Notes under the pieces: generated by a model | Seen by the model: only the letters and a program-made list of their open reading frames with translations | The model's database searches: none | What the model was told of the DNA's origin: nothing | Program-made: the position numbers and the translations under genes | Shown: piece after piece, positions 38,521-47,990 of the stretch | How positions within the stretch are numbered: position 1 is the stretch's first letter | Layout of the letters: each line of letters opens with the position of its first letter | Assembly (NCBI GenBank): GCA_045863395.1 | Contig: BTVJ01000006.1 | Coordinates: 32,001-96,000 of the forward strand | Length of the DNA: 64,000 nucleotides | Reading direction: 5' to 3' | Source of the DNA: Myxococcales bacterium | GTDB taxonomy: Bacteria > Myxococcota_A > UBA9042 > JABWCM01 > BTVJ01

Positions 38521-40728
38521 CTAGACCTCCACCGGAGCCGCCGGGCTCCCTTCCGTGATGAGCGGGTCCGGCGGCGTGACCGCCGGGGCTTCGTGCTCCT
38601 TGTGGGCCTCGCCGTTGGTGCCGGACGTGCGCGCCTGGCGACGCGGCTTGGGGACATCAGGCCCCGCCGCCGCCGGCTTCGCCTGCGCGTCGGCAGACTT
38701 CGCGCGCTTCGTGGCGCCCGCGTCCGGCTTGGGCGCCGCGCGGCGCATGGTGCGCTTGCGGGGGCGGGAGAGCTGGAGCAGGATGCGCGGCTCGTCCGTC
38801 GACCCGAGCCTGGCTCCAGCCTTGGCGCGCTTCCCGTGCTTCTGGTCCGGCTTCGGGTCCGCCGCCTCCGTGATCGGCTCCGGGGCCGGCTCGGCAGCAG
38901 CGGGCGCGCCCCGCCTGGAGCGGGCGCTGCGCTTCGGGCTCGCGGCGGTCGCCTCCGCCGCCGGCGCCGCAGCCTCTGTGGTTGCCGGCGGCTCGCCCTC
39001 CATCGCGCCGAAGATGAGCGAGGCGGCCACGGTCTGCTCCGTCGCCTCGCTGCCCGGGTCCGCCTGCGCCTCGGAGGGGGGCACGGCGACCGGTGGGCCG
39101 CTCTCCTGCGCGGTGGCGCCGTCCGCGGGAACCGCCAGCCCGGCGTCCTCCAGGGAGGCCCCATCGGGCGCGCTCACGACAATCTCTTGCGCCCCCGCCG
39201 CTGCGGACTCCGGGAGCTCGACGGTGCCACCGGACGCCGCCTCGGTAGCGTCTGCCGCAGCCACGGCAGCCGGAGGTCCGTCGCCGTCGCCCGAGGCCGC
39301 GGACGGCGCGTCCCCGGCGGCGGCACCCGCGACCGCAGCACCGTCGCTCACCCCCTTCTTGGCCTTGGAGCGGCTGGCCCTGGCCTTTGGAGCGTGGGAC
39401 GGCTTCGGCGATGCCTCGGCGCCCGCGGGTGCCTCCCCTGCCGCCGCAGCGGCCTGCTCCCCCGCGCCCTCCCCGACCGGAGCGCCCTCGGGGGAGCTCG
39501 CAGGCTCCGCCGCCTTGCCGCGGCTCTTCGGCGCGCGTGGGGCCCGCCGCTTGCCCGCGTCGTCTCCCGCCACATCCGCGTCCGCCGGCGCCTCCACCGC
39601 CGTCGGGAGCTCCGGCTCCGGGACCACGCCGAGCACCGACTCCTCCAAGGATGGCGCCGCCGTCCCCTCGATGAGCGCGGTCACGGCCTCAGAGGTCTCC
39701 ACCCCTTCCTTGAACGGAGACGACAGGAAGGTGAACGCGTACACCGTGAAGCCACTGGAGCGCGCGGTGACCTTGAGCACACCGGACCGCACCCGGTCGT
39801 GCTTGATCAGGCGGTACACCTTGGGATCGTGGATCAGGACCTGGCTGCGGCGCTCCTCGCCATCCTCGACGAGCCTGACGTGCGGTCCGGCGTTCGCCTC
39901 CGTGAGCGGCTCGCGGTTGTCGTACACGTCGACGAGGAAGCCCTGGTCCCCCGAAGGGTTGACGACCATGCACACCTCGGCCGCCGTGTAGGGCACGTGG
40001 ATGGACGCCTCCGTCCCCTCCGCCGCCTTGGCGACCGCCGCGCAGAAGCGGTGGTTGAGCCACTTGCCCTCCAGGTAGTAGCTCCCCTCCTTGAGCGGGC
40101 CGTCCACCTCTTCGTAGAAGACCACCCGGTGCGGGTCCGAGCCCTCCGAGTTGCCGATGGAGCCGCGGTCGTAGCCGGTGTAGACGTTGGCCGTCACGGG
40201 CCAGGAGGGGACGCCCGGCTCGTCCCGCGGCCGCAGGGGCTCGCACAGATCGGGCAAGGGCCCCGTGGCGCCCGCCTCGCGCAGCAGGTCCTGCAGCACC
40301 GACTCCACGCCGAGCCACGCCCCCTCCCCGACGTCCGAGTAGCGCAGCACGCCGCGCGCGTCGATCAGGTGATACGACGGCCAGAACGTGTTGCCGTAGG
40401 CCTTCCAGAGGTCGAACTTGTTGTCGAGCAGGATCGGGTAGTGCAGCTCCAGCGCCGTGACGGCCGATCGGACCGCGCCCCGGGTCCTCGCGAAGGGAAA
40501 CTCCGGGGTGTGGACGCCCACCAGGGCCAGCCCCAGCGACGTGTACCGGGAGTACCACGCCCGGATGTAGGGCATCGCCTCCAGGCAGCACACGCTCGTG
40601 TAGTCCCAGAAGTGGAGCAGCACCACCTTGCCCGCCAGGCTCTGCATGGAGAGCCCGTCCGTGTTCAGCCAGGTGGCGTTCCGCGGGAAGTCGGGCGCGG
40701 CCGGGAGCGTCGCAGTGTTGTTCTTCAT
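38521..40728 (-). CDS. DipZ-like redoxin with a long low-complexity tail
   Basis: WLNT...GKVVLLHFWDYT, VGVHTPEF, YPILLDN...W.AYGN.FWP, YAFTF; then about 400 aa rich in Ala/Pro/Glu/Lys. Confidence 0.82.
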   Translation of the reverse strand: MKNNTATLPAAPDFPRNATWLNTDGLSMQSLAGKVVLLHFWDYTSVCCLEAMPYIRAWYSRYTSLGLALVGVHTPEFPFARTRGAVRSAVTALELHYPILLDNKFDLWKAYGNTFWPSYHLIDARGVLRYSDVGEGAWLGVESVLQDLLREAGATGPLPDLCEPLRPRDEPGVPSWPVTANVYTGYDRGSIGNSEGSDPHRVVFYEEVDGPLKEGSYYLEGKWLNHRFCAAVAKAAEGTEASIHVPYTAAEVCMVVNPSGDQGFLVDVYDNREPLTEANAGPHVRLVEDGEERRSQVLIHDPKVYRLIKHDRVRSGVLKVTARSSGFTVYAFTFLSSPFKEGVETSEAVTALIEGTAAPSLEESVLGVVPEPELPTAVEAPADADVAGDDAGKRRAPRAPKSRGKAAEPASSPEGAPVGEGAGEQAAAAAGEAPAGAEASPKPSHAPKARASRSKAKKGVSDGAAVAGAAAGDAPSAASGDGDGPPAAVAAADATEAASGGTVELPESAAAGAQEIVVSAPDGASLEDAGLAVPADGATAQESGPPVAVPPSEAQADPGSEATEQTVAASLIFGAMEGEPPATTEAAAPAAEATAASPKRSARSRRGAPAAAEPAPEPITEAADPKPDQKHGKRAKAGARLGSTDEPRILLQLSRPRKRTMRRAAPKPDAGATKRAKSADAQAKPAAAGPDVPKPRRQARTSGTNGEAHKEHEAPAVTPPDPLITEGSPAAPVEV

Positions 40729-40867
40729 GAGGCTGCCAGCCCTTGCTCAGCGGTGAGCGAGCTTCTGAACTTCAGGGGGCGCAAGCATAGCAGAGGACGT
40801 GGTGCCTGAGAAGAGGGATCGGCGTCGTCCCTCAGTCTGCGCCACCACGCCGCTCGCGACCCGCGCA

Positions 40868-41902
40868 TCAATGCAGCACGTTGAACAGGCGCTTCCAGTC
40901 GTCGGCCCACCAGATGACGAAGGCCTTGCCCTTGATGGCGTCCTGCGGCACGAGACCCCAGTAGCGCCCGTCGCTGGAGTTGTCCCGGTTGTCGCCCATC
41001 ACGAAGACGTGGGCGGGCGGGACCAGCATGTCCGGCCAGGCGTCGTTGCCGCTCTTCGCCCCGAAGTAGTCGGCCACGCCGAACTCGGGGGTCTCCAGGG
41101 GCCAGTCAGGGGCGGTCAGGCACCGGAAGTTGGGGAAGGGCTCTGCGGCGATGCGGTGCTGAGTGATGTACGACGTTCCGGGCACGGTCTCCCGCTGGCG
41201 GACACACCGGCAGTCCTTGTGCGTCCCGTCCTCGCAGTCCACCCCGGTCCCGACGACCTCCGTCTCGATGGGCTCGCCGTTGACGTGGAGCACGTTCTGG
41301 ATGAGCCGCACCCGATCACCGGGCACGCCAATGACGCGCTTGATGAAGTCCTTGCCCTTGTCGTCGCCTTCCTTCGGGAACTCGAAGACCACGATGTCGC
41401 CCCGCTGCGGCTCGCTCCACTGCCAGGGCCGGATCTGCGTGAACGGGACGCGCACCCCGTAGATGAACTTGTTCACGAAGATGTGGTCGTCCACCTCGAG
41501 GGTGGGGATCATGGACCCGGTGGGGATCTTGAACGCCTCGAACAGGAACGTGCGGATGAACAGGGCGATGAGCACCGCATAGACGATGCTCTCGATGTAC
41601 TCGCGGGTGACCGACTTCCGCGCAAAGCCCAGGTGCTCGTCGAGGGTCCGGTCGAGGCGGGTCGTCGCCTCGGCGAGCGCCGCCGGCTCCCCCTTCTTCT
41701 GGCCCAGCAGCTCCTTGAGATCTGCCGCCTCCCTCGCGATGCGCTCCGCCACCTCTGCCGCCACCCGCTTGCGCTGGGCCTTCAGGAGCCGCGGCGCCTC
41801 CTTGACGAGGTGCCTCGCCCGCTGCACCGTCTCCCGGTGCTGCTTGCGTGCGCTTCGGTCCATGACCTCGGCTCGGGGCTTTGTCAAAGGGGCTCCTCCC
41901 AT
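40868..41902 (-). CDS. lepB: Signal peptidase I with N-terminal helical extension
   Basis: IPTGSMIPTL (Ser), RGDIVVF, FIKRVIG.PGD (Lys), MGDNRDNS.DGR. Confidence 0.95.
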   Translation of the reverse strand: MGGAPLTKPRAEVMDRSARKQHRETVQRARHLVKEAPRLLKAQRKRVAAEVAERIAREAADLKELLGQKKGEPAALAEATTRLDRTLDEHLGFARKSVTREYIESIVYAVLIALFIRTFLFEAFKIPTGSMIPTLEVDDHIFVNKFIYGVRVPFTQIRPWQWSEPQRGDIVVFEFPKEGDDKGKDFIKRVIGVPGDRVRLIQNVLHVNGEPIETEVVGTGVDCEDGTHKDCRCVRQRETVPGTSYITQHRIAAEPFPNFRCLTAPDWPLETPEFGVADYFGAKSGNDAWPDMLVPPAHVFVMGDNRDNSSDGRYWGLVPQDAIKGKAFVIWWADDWKRLFNVLH

Positions 41903-41910
41903 GGAGTCTG

Positions 41911-43707
41911 TCAGTCGACCTTCAGGATCGCGAGGAAGGCGTCCTGCGGCAGCTCGATCTGCCCCACCTGCTTCATGCGGCGCTTCCCCTTCTTCTGCTT
42001 CTCCAGGAGCTTGCGCTTGCGGGTGATGTCGCCCCCGTAGCACTTGGCGGTCACGTCCTTGCGGAAGGCCTTCTGGGTCGTCCGCGCGATGACCTTGCTG
42101 CCGATGGCCGCCTGGATGGCCACCTCGTACTGCTGCCGGGGGATGACCTCCTTCATCTTGACCGTCAGGTCCCGCCCCTTCTGGTAGGCGCGGTCGCTGT
42201 GGCAGATCAGGGACAGGGCGTCCACCGGCTCGCCGTTGATCAGGATGTCCAGGCGGACCAGGTTGTCCTGGCGGAAGGTGAGGAACTCGTAGTCCACCGA
42301 GCCGTAGCCGCGGGTCACCGTCTTCAGCTTGTCGAAGAAGTCGAAGATCACCTCGGACAGCGGGAGCTCGTAGGTGACCATGAGCCGCGTCGGCGACAGG
42401 TACTTCATCTCCCGCTGGATGCCCCGCCGGTCGTTGCACAGCTTGAGGATGGCCCCCGCGTACTCGGACGGCGCGTGGATGGTCGCCCGGACGATGGGCT
42501 CCTCGATGTGCGACAGCTTCTGCACGGGGGGCAGGTTCTTCGGGTTGTCGATGCGGAGCTCTTCGCCGTCCTTGGTGAACGCCTTGTAGATCACGTTCGG
42601 GGCCGTCGTGATCAGGTCGAGGTCGTACTCCCGCTCCAGCCGCTCCTGGATGACCTCCATGTGCAGCATCCCGAGGAAGCCGCACCGGAAGCCGAAGCCC
42701 AGGGCGCCCGAGCTCTCCGGCTCGAAGGTGAACGAGCTGTCGTTGAGCGACAGCTTCTCGATGCTGTCGCGCAGGTCCTCGAAGTCCGCCGAGTCCACGG
42801 GGAAGATGCCGCTGTAGACCATGGGCTGCTGGCGCTTGAAGCCGGGGAACGGCTCCGCCGTGCGGTGCCTGAAGTCGGTGAGGGTGTCGCCGACCCGCAG
42901 GTCCTTCAGGTCTTTGATGCCCGTGATCACGTAGCCGACCTGGCCGGGCATGAGCTGGTCCATGGGCACCGGCCGCGGTGTGAAGACCCCGAGCTCCTGG
43001 ATCTCTGCCTCCACCTTCGTGCCCATGATGAACAGGCGCTGGCCCTTGGACAGGGTGCCGTCCAGCAGCCGCACCAGGATGACCACGCCCCGGTAGGAGT
43101 CGTACCAGCTATCGAAGATCAGGGCCTTGGTGGGTGAGCCCGGCTCCGTCTTCGGCGGCGGGATGCGCGCGACGACGGCCTCCAGCAGCTCGCCGATGCC
43201 CTCCCCCGTCTTGGCGCTTACGAGGATGGCGTCGTGGGCCGGGATGCCGATGCCGTCCTCCAGCTCCTCGATGATCTCGTCGGGCCGGGCGCTGGGTAGA
43301 TCGATCTTGTTGAGGACCGGGATCAGCTCCAGGTCCCGGTCCAGCGCCAGGTAGATGTTCGAGACGGTCTGCGCCTCCACGCCCTGGGCCGCGTCCACGA
43401 CCAGGATGGCCCCCTCGCAGGCTGCCAGCGACCGTGACACCTCGTAGCTGAAGTCGACGTGCCCGGGCGTGTCGATGAGGTTCAGGTGGTAGTCGTGGCC
43501 GTCCGCCGCTCTATAGATGATGCGGCAGGTCTGGCTCTTGATGGTGATGCCGCGCTCACGCTCCAGGTCCATGCTGTCGAGGAGCTGCGCCTGCATGTCG
43601 CGCTGCGCGACGGAGCCCGTCACCTCGATCAGCCGGTCCGCCAGCGTGGACTTGCCGTGGTCGATGTGCGCGATGATCGAAAAGTTGCGGATGCGGTCGA
43701 TTCTCAT
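41911..43707 (-). CDS. lepA: Elongation factor 4
   Basis: [57 protein letters not shown]. Confidence 0.98.
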   Translation of the reverse strand: MRIDRIRNFSIIAHIDHGKSTLADRLIEVTGSVAQRDMQAQLLDSMDLERERGITIKSQTCRIIYRAADGHDYHLNLIDTPGHVDFSYEVSRSLAACEGAILVVDAAQGVEAQTVSNIYLALDRDLELIPVLNKIDLPSARPDEIIEELEDGIGIPAHDAILVSAKTGEGIGELLEAVVARIPPPKTEPGSPTKALIFDSWYDSYRGVVILVRLLDGTLSKGQRLFIMGTKVEAEIQELGVFTPRPVPMDQLMPGQVGYVITGIKDLKDLRVGDTLTDFRHRTAEPFPGFKRQQPMVYSGIFPVDSADFEDLRDSIEKLSLNDSSFTFEPESSGALGFGFRCGFLGMLHMEVIQERLEREYDLDLITTAPNVIYKAFTKDGEELRIDNPKNLPPVQKLSHIEEPIVRATIHAPSEYAGAILKLCNDRRGIQREMKYLSPTRLMVTYELPLSEVIFDFFDKLKTVTRGYGSVDYEFLTFRQDNLVRLDILINGEPVDALSLICHSDRAYQKGRDLTVKMKEVIPRQQYEVAIQAAIGSKVIARTTQKAFRKDVTAKCYGGDITRKRKLLEKQKKGKRRMKQVGQIELPQDAFLAILKVD

Positions 43708-44675
43708 GCGGGGGTGCCGGGCTCCTCTTTCGCGAGCGCATCCACGAAGTACTGGTAGGTGATCTCCAGCCCCTGCTCCAGGCTGACGACGGGCTCCCAT
43801 CCCAACAGCGAGTGGGTGCGCGTTATGTCCGGCCGGCGGGTCTTGGGGTCGTCCTCCGGCAGCGGCTCCTTCACGATCTTCAGGTTCGGTGCGTACCGGT
43901 CGCGGATCAGCTCCGCGAACTGCATGATCGTGAACTCGTGGGGGTTTCCGACGTTGTACGGCGAGTGGTCGCCCCGGGTCAGCACCCGCCAGATGCCCTC
44001 CACCAGGTCGGTCACGTAGCAGAAGCTGCGGGTCTGGGCCCCCTCGCCGAAGACCGTGAGGGGCTCGCCGCGAATGGCCTGCGACATGAAGGCCGGGACC
44101 ACGCGGCCATCGTTCAGGCGCATGCGGGGTCCGTAGGTGTTGAAGATGCGCACGATGCGGGTGTCGACACCGTGGAAGCGGTGGTAGGCCATGGTCATGG
44201 CCTCGGCGAAGCGCTTGGCCTCGTCGTACACGCCTCGCGGCCCCACCGGATTGACGTTCCCCCAGTAGGTCTCGGGCTGCGGATGAAGCAGGGGGTCGCC
44301 GTAGACCTCGCTGGTCGAGGCCAGCAGGAAGGTCGCCCCCTTGGCCTTGGCCAGGCCCAGCGCCTTGTGCGTGCCCAGCGAGCCCACTTTCAGGGTCTGG
44401 ATGGGCAGGCGCAGGTAGTCGATGGGGCTGGCGGGCGACGCGAAGTGGAGGACCGTGTCCAGCTCACCGGGGACATGGATGTAGTCCGTCACGTCCAGCA
44501 TCAGGAACCGGAAGCGCGGCTTGCCCATGAGGTGGGCGATGTTGTCCAGGCTGCCGGTGATCAGGTTGTCGACGCAGATGACGTCGCAGCCCTCGGCGTG
44601 GAAGCGCTCGCAGAGGTGGGACCCGAGGAAGCCGGCGCCCCCCGTGATCAGGACGCGGCGTGGCTGGTGGTTCAC
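43704..44675 (-). CDS. UDP-glucuronate decarboxylase family SDR
   Basis: [50 protein letters not shown]. Confidence 0.92.
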   Translation of the reverse strand: MNHQPRRVLITGGAGFLGSHLCERFHAEGCDVICVDNLITGSLDNIAHLMGKPRFRFLMLDVTDYIHVPGELDTVLHFASPASPIDYLRLPIQTLKVGSLGTHKALGLAKAKGATFLLASTSEVYGDPLLHPQPETYWGNVNPVGPRGVYDEAKRFAEAMTMAYHRFHGVDTRIVRIFNTYGPRMRLNDGRVVPAFMSQAIRGEPLTVFGEGAQTRSFCYVTDLVEGIWRVLTRGDHSPYNVGNPHEFTIMQFAELIRDRYAPNLKIVKEPLPEDDPKTRRPDITRTHSLLGWEPVVSLEQGLEITYQYFVDALAKEEPGTPA

Positions 44676-44866
44676 TCCGAGCCTCCTGGCTTCTCGAGCA
44701 GGTCGAGCTGGGTCGGCAGCAGGTGCTTGTGCTGCTCCAGGATCAGGTCGATGCCGGCCCGGATGTACTCGGCGACCGGGCGCTCCGTCCGCTGGGAGAG
44801 CAGCTTGAGGCGCTCGTCCTGGCGGGTGGTGATGTAGACGGTCGTCGAGATCTTGCGCCGCGCCAT
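44672..44866 (-). CDS. cdbA: CdbA-like ribbon-helix-helix protein (64 aa)
   Basis: [43 protein letters not shown] resembles M. xanthus CdbA as recalled; AAGGAGG RBS; hidden inside ORF 44672..45616. Confidence 0.8.
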   Translation of the reverse strand: MARRKISTTVYITTRQDERLKLLSQRTERPVAEYIRAGIDLILEQHKHLLPTQLDLLEKPGGSE

Positions 44867-44954
44867 GTGACCTCCTTGGAGGGCGTCTGCGGGTGCCCCT
44901 CTGTGGGCGGGAGACACGGGGACCACCCCCGGGGACCGGGCCGTGAGCCGGCGT

Positions 44955-44983
44955 ACACTACTCGCCGCGCCATATAGTGTCAA
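44955..44983 (-). promoter_or_regulatory. Sigma70-like promoter for the cdbA-SDR-lepA-lepB run
   Basis: Minus strand TTGACA, 17-nt spacer, TAGTGT. Confidence 0.6.
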
Positions 44984-45071
44984 ACCCGTTCGAGATCGGC
45001 CGGGAGCTTGCGGTGCGGGTGGTTCCTCCGCTACGTTTGGCCTCCGCACGCAGGACACAGGAGCAGCCCCG

Positions 45072-46253
45072 ATGAAGTCGATGCCCGTTGTGCTCTTCAC
45101 AGTCGTTGCCCTCTCAGCCGCCGGCTGCGGAAAGCAGCAGGACACGCCGGCGGCGCCCGCGCTTGCCCCGCAGGGCGCACCGCCCGTGACCGGCGTGGCG
45201 CCCGCCCCGAACGCCGCCCCGGAGCCCTCGGCGGGCCTGGAGGCCCTGCTGCGGGACCGGGCGACGCGGTACGCGCCCAGCGCGCTCTGGAAGAACCGTC
45301 TCGGGCGCTTCCTGTTGGCGCGCGGGCAGGGGGACGAGGCCGCGCTGCTGCTGGAGGCGGCGGCCGCGGCCGACCCGGGGAACGCGGACTTCCGGCTGGA
45401 CGCGCTCCTGATCCGCGCGTCCCGCGCCGGCTCCATGCAGGGGCCCGACGTCGCCCAGGTCAGCGCGCTGCTTGGGGAGCCCGCGCCCCACGCGCAGGGG
45501 GCCGTGGCCGGCTCCGCGGCCGTGGGGCCGGCCAACTCCATGGCGCCGCCCCTCGCGCCGGCGCCGCCGGGCGCCGCCGTGGCACCGCAGGCGGTGGCCG
45601 GCGCCGCGCCGCACACCCCGCCCGGCCTCGCGGCCCAGCCCCCCGTGATGCCCGGTGCCGCACCCGAGGACCCACAGGCTGCCGCGGTGCGCCTCGCGCC
45701 GGTACCGCCGGTTCCCGCAGCGGCCGCGGACGCGCAGCCCGGGTTGCCGGGAGTGGGGGCGGTGCCGCCCGAGGCTCCGCCAGCGTCCTTCGAGGCGGCA
45801 GCGACCCGCGCCCGCGCGGCCGTTCAGAAGGGTGACCTGGCCCAGGCCGGCGCCATGTGGCAGGAGGCCCTGCGCTTCGACGGGCAGAGCGCCGAGGGCT
45901 GGCTCGGCCTGGCGGACGTGACGCTGATGCGCGGCGAGTCCAGCGCCGCCATCGGGCACTACAAGGAGGCGCTGCGGCTCGCCCCGCAGAACGCGGTCGT
46001 GGCCAAGCGGCTCGGGGATGCCTGCTTCCAGGCGCGCCAGAGTGACTGCGCCTTCTCCGCCTATGAGGTGGCCACTGCCGGCGAGCCCGTCTCCACCGAC
46101 GGCTACGTCTGGGTTCGCTGGGCCCACGTGGCGAACCAGCTCGGGAAGCGCGCTGTGGCAGAGAAGGCGCTCGCCGCCGCCGAGAAGCTCCTGCCCTCCG
46201 ACGACCGGGACCTGGCCACCGTCCGCAGCCTCCTGTCGGTCCCCGGCGAGTAG
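45072..46253 (+). CDS. TPR lipoprotein with Pro/Ala-rich linker
   Basis: AAGC lipobox; TPR motifs (WLGLADV..RG....AIGHYKEALRLAP). Confidence 0.75.
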   Translation: MKSMPVVLFTVVALSAAGCGKQQDTPAAPALAPQGAPPVTGVAPAPNAAPEPSAGLEALLRDRATRYAPSALWKNRLGRFLLARGQGDEAALLLEAAAAADPGNADFRLDALLIRASRAGSMQGPDVAQVSALLGEPAPHAQGAVAGSAAVGPANSMAPPLAPAPPGAAVAPQAVAGAAPHTPPGLAAQPPVMPGAAPEDPQAAAVRLAPVPPVPAAAADAQPGLPGVGAVPPEAPPASFEAAATRARAAVQKGDLAQAGAMWQEALRFDGQSAEGWLGLADVTLMRGESSAAIGHYKEALRLAPQNAVVAKRLGDACFQARQSDCAFSAYEVATAGEPVSTDGYVWVRWAHVANQLGKRAVAEKALAAAEKLLPSDDRDLATVRSLLSVPGE

Positions 46254-46320
46254 CGGGGCGCCCGGCTTGACTCGGCGGTGCGTCGGGGACACACTCGCCC
46301 CACCAGACGGAAGGGGTCAC

Positions 46321-46914
46321 ATGATCGAACAGAGACGATGGACGGGGGTGGCGTTGGCCTTGGTGGCCGCCGGGTGCGCGAGCACGGGCACAAAGGGGGG
46401 CTCACAGGGGGAGCAGGGCATGGGGGTCCTCTCGTCGGAGGTCTCGGCGGACCTGGTGACCGAACGCTTCGACCTGAATGGCGACGGCAACGCGGACGTG
46501 TGGAAGCTCTACGAGGTGAAGGAGGGCGACGACCCGAACGCGCCGCGCCGTGTCGTGCGCAAGGACCTGGACATCAACTTCGACGGGCGGGTGGACATCC
46601 GCAAGCACTACGCCCCGAACGGCGAGATGACCAAGGAAGAGATGGACCTGGACTTCGACGGCCGCATCGATGCCATCAGCAACTACCGCGAGGGCAAGCT
46701 GTTCATGAGGGAGATGGACATGGCCTTCGACGGCAAGCCCGACGTCTGGAAGTACTACGAGAACGGGGAGCTGATCAGGAAGGAGCGGGACTCCAACGGG
46801 GACGGCGCGCCGGACCTGTGGGAGTACTACCAGGGGGGCAATCTGGTCCGTATCGGCAAGGACATGGATGCCAACGGGGAGCCCGAGTACTTCGAGGACA
46901 TCACGCCGGAGTGA
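46321..46914 (+). CDS. Lipoprotein with DxxxDGxxD repeats
   Basis: AAGC lipobox; about 6 repeats of 23-24 aa (DLNGDGNADVW, DINFDGRVDI, DLDFDGRIDA, DSNGDGAPDLW). Confidence 0.75.
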   Translation: MIEQRRWTGVALALVAAGCASTGTKGGSQGEQGMGVLSSEVSADLVTERFDLNGDGNADVWKLYEVKEGDDPNAPRRVVRKDLDINFDGRVDIRKHYAPNGEMTKEEMDLDFDGRIDAISNYREGKLFMREMDMAFDGKPDVWKYYENGELIRKERDSNGDGAPDLWEYYQGGNLVRIGKDMDANGEPEYFEDITPE

Positions 46915-46942
46915 GCGGCGTTCGCGTCGCGGGGAGCACACC

Positions 46943-47278
46943 ATGAGCTGCATCTTCTGCAAGATCGCCGAGGGCACTATCCCGGCGAAGGTGCTCCACG
47001 AGGACGACCGCTGCGTCGCGTTTGCCGACCTGAGCCCGCAGGCGCCATTTCACGCACTGGTGATCCCGAGGGAGCACATCGCCGGCCTGGGCGACGCGGG
47101 TCCCGCCCACGAGGCCCTTCTAGGCCATCTGGCCCTCGTCGGGTCCCGCCTGGCGCGAGAGGCCGGCCACGCCGCGTGGCGGATCAACGTCAACACCGGC
47201 GCCCAGGCTGGCCAGTCGGTCTTCCACCTGCACCTGCACGTGCTGGCGGGCCGGTCCTTCGCGTGGCCCCCGGGCTGA
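46943..47278 (+). CDS. hinT: Histidine triad (HIT) nucleotide-binding protein
   Basis: CIFCKI, D..PQAP.H.LVIP, AGQSVFHLHLHVL, WPPG. Confidence 0.92.
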   Translation: MSCIFCKIAEGTIPAKVLHEDDRCVAFADLSPQAPFHALVIPREHIAGLGDAGPAHEALLGHLALVGSRLAREAGHAAWRINVNTGAQAGQSVFHLHLHVLAGRSFAWPPG

Positions 47279-47309
47279 CGGCACTCGGTCTGCGCCCCTG
47301 GAGCCGCTG

Positions 47310-47930
47310 TCAGAGCTTGTAGACCTTCAAGTTGTCGAACCAGAGCGGCGTGTCCCAGTTGTTGAAGCCGAACGTCCGGCCGCGCACCGGGGCCTTGTCG
47401 GGGTAGCTCATGAAGAGCTTGCCGTCGATGAACCAGTGGAGCGTGTCGCCATCCCGGGCGATGGCCCAGCGGTAGGTCCGCCCCCGCTCGACGAGCCCGT
47501 CCGTGGACGTCAGCCGGTCGTTGCCGTGCTCGTCCTTGCGGGCGATGATCGACAGGGTGTTCTTCCAGCCGCCCTGGATCAGCACGTAGCCCGCCTGGTG
47601 GGTGGGCCCCTCCGCGAAGATCTCGCACTTGATGTCCCCGTCGGGCCCCTCGCTGCGGGCGTCGAACTCCACGCGGGTCTTGTCGGGGAGCTGCTCCAGG
47701 AGCCACAGGCCGCCGTTCTTGTCGGTGGGTGCGTGGACCTGCCCGTCCACGATGCGCCAGTTGCGCCCCGCCTGGCGCCACTTGTCGCCCAGCTCGGCGC
47801 GGTTGAAGTCGTCTTCGAAGACCAGCGTGCCGCCCGTCAGCAGCTTCTGCGGGTCCGTCCCCGGCGAGGCGGTGCCCTGGGGCTTCGTGCAGCCGGCGAG
47901 CAGCGCGAGGAGGATCAGGCAGCGGACCAT
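47310..47930 (-). CDS. Lipoprotein with concanavalin A-like (DUF1080-type) domain
   Basis: LAGC lipobox; VFEDDFNR, W.IVDG, VEFDAR, FDNLKVY. Confidence 0.65.
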   Translation of the reverse strand: MVRCLILLALLAGCTKPQGTASPGTDPQKLLTGGTLVFEDDFNRAELGDKWRQAGRNWRIVDGQVHAPTDKNGGLWLLEQLPDKTRVEFDARSEGPDGDIKCEIFAEGPTHQAGYVLIQGGWKNTLSIIARKDEHGNDRLTSTDGLVERGRTYRWAIARDGDTLHWFIDGKLFMSYPDKAPVRGRTFGFNNWDTPLWFDNLKVYKL

Positions 47931-47990
47931 GTGATGACCTCCAAGTGGGTGCAGGTGAGCCCGGACGCGGGCGACGCCGGTGCGACGAGC

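Noticed and set aside
40570..40610. Selenocysteine at the redoxin active site
   Set aside because: Codons read AGC GTG TGC TGC (SVCC); there is no in-frame TGA.
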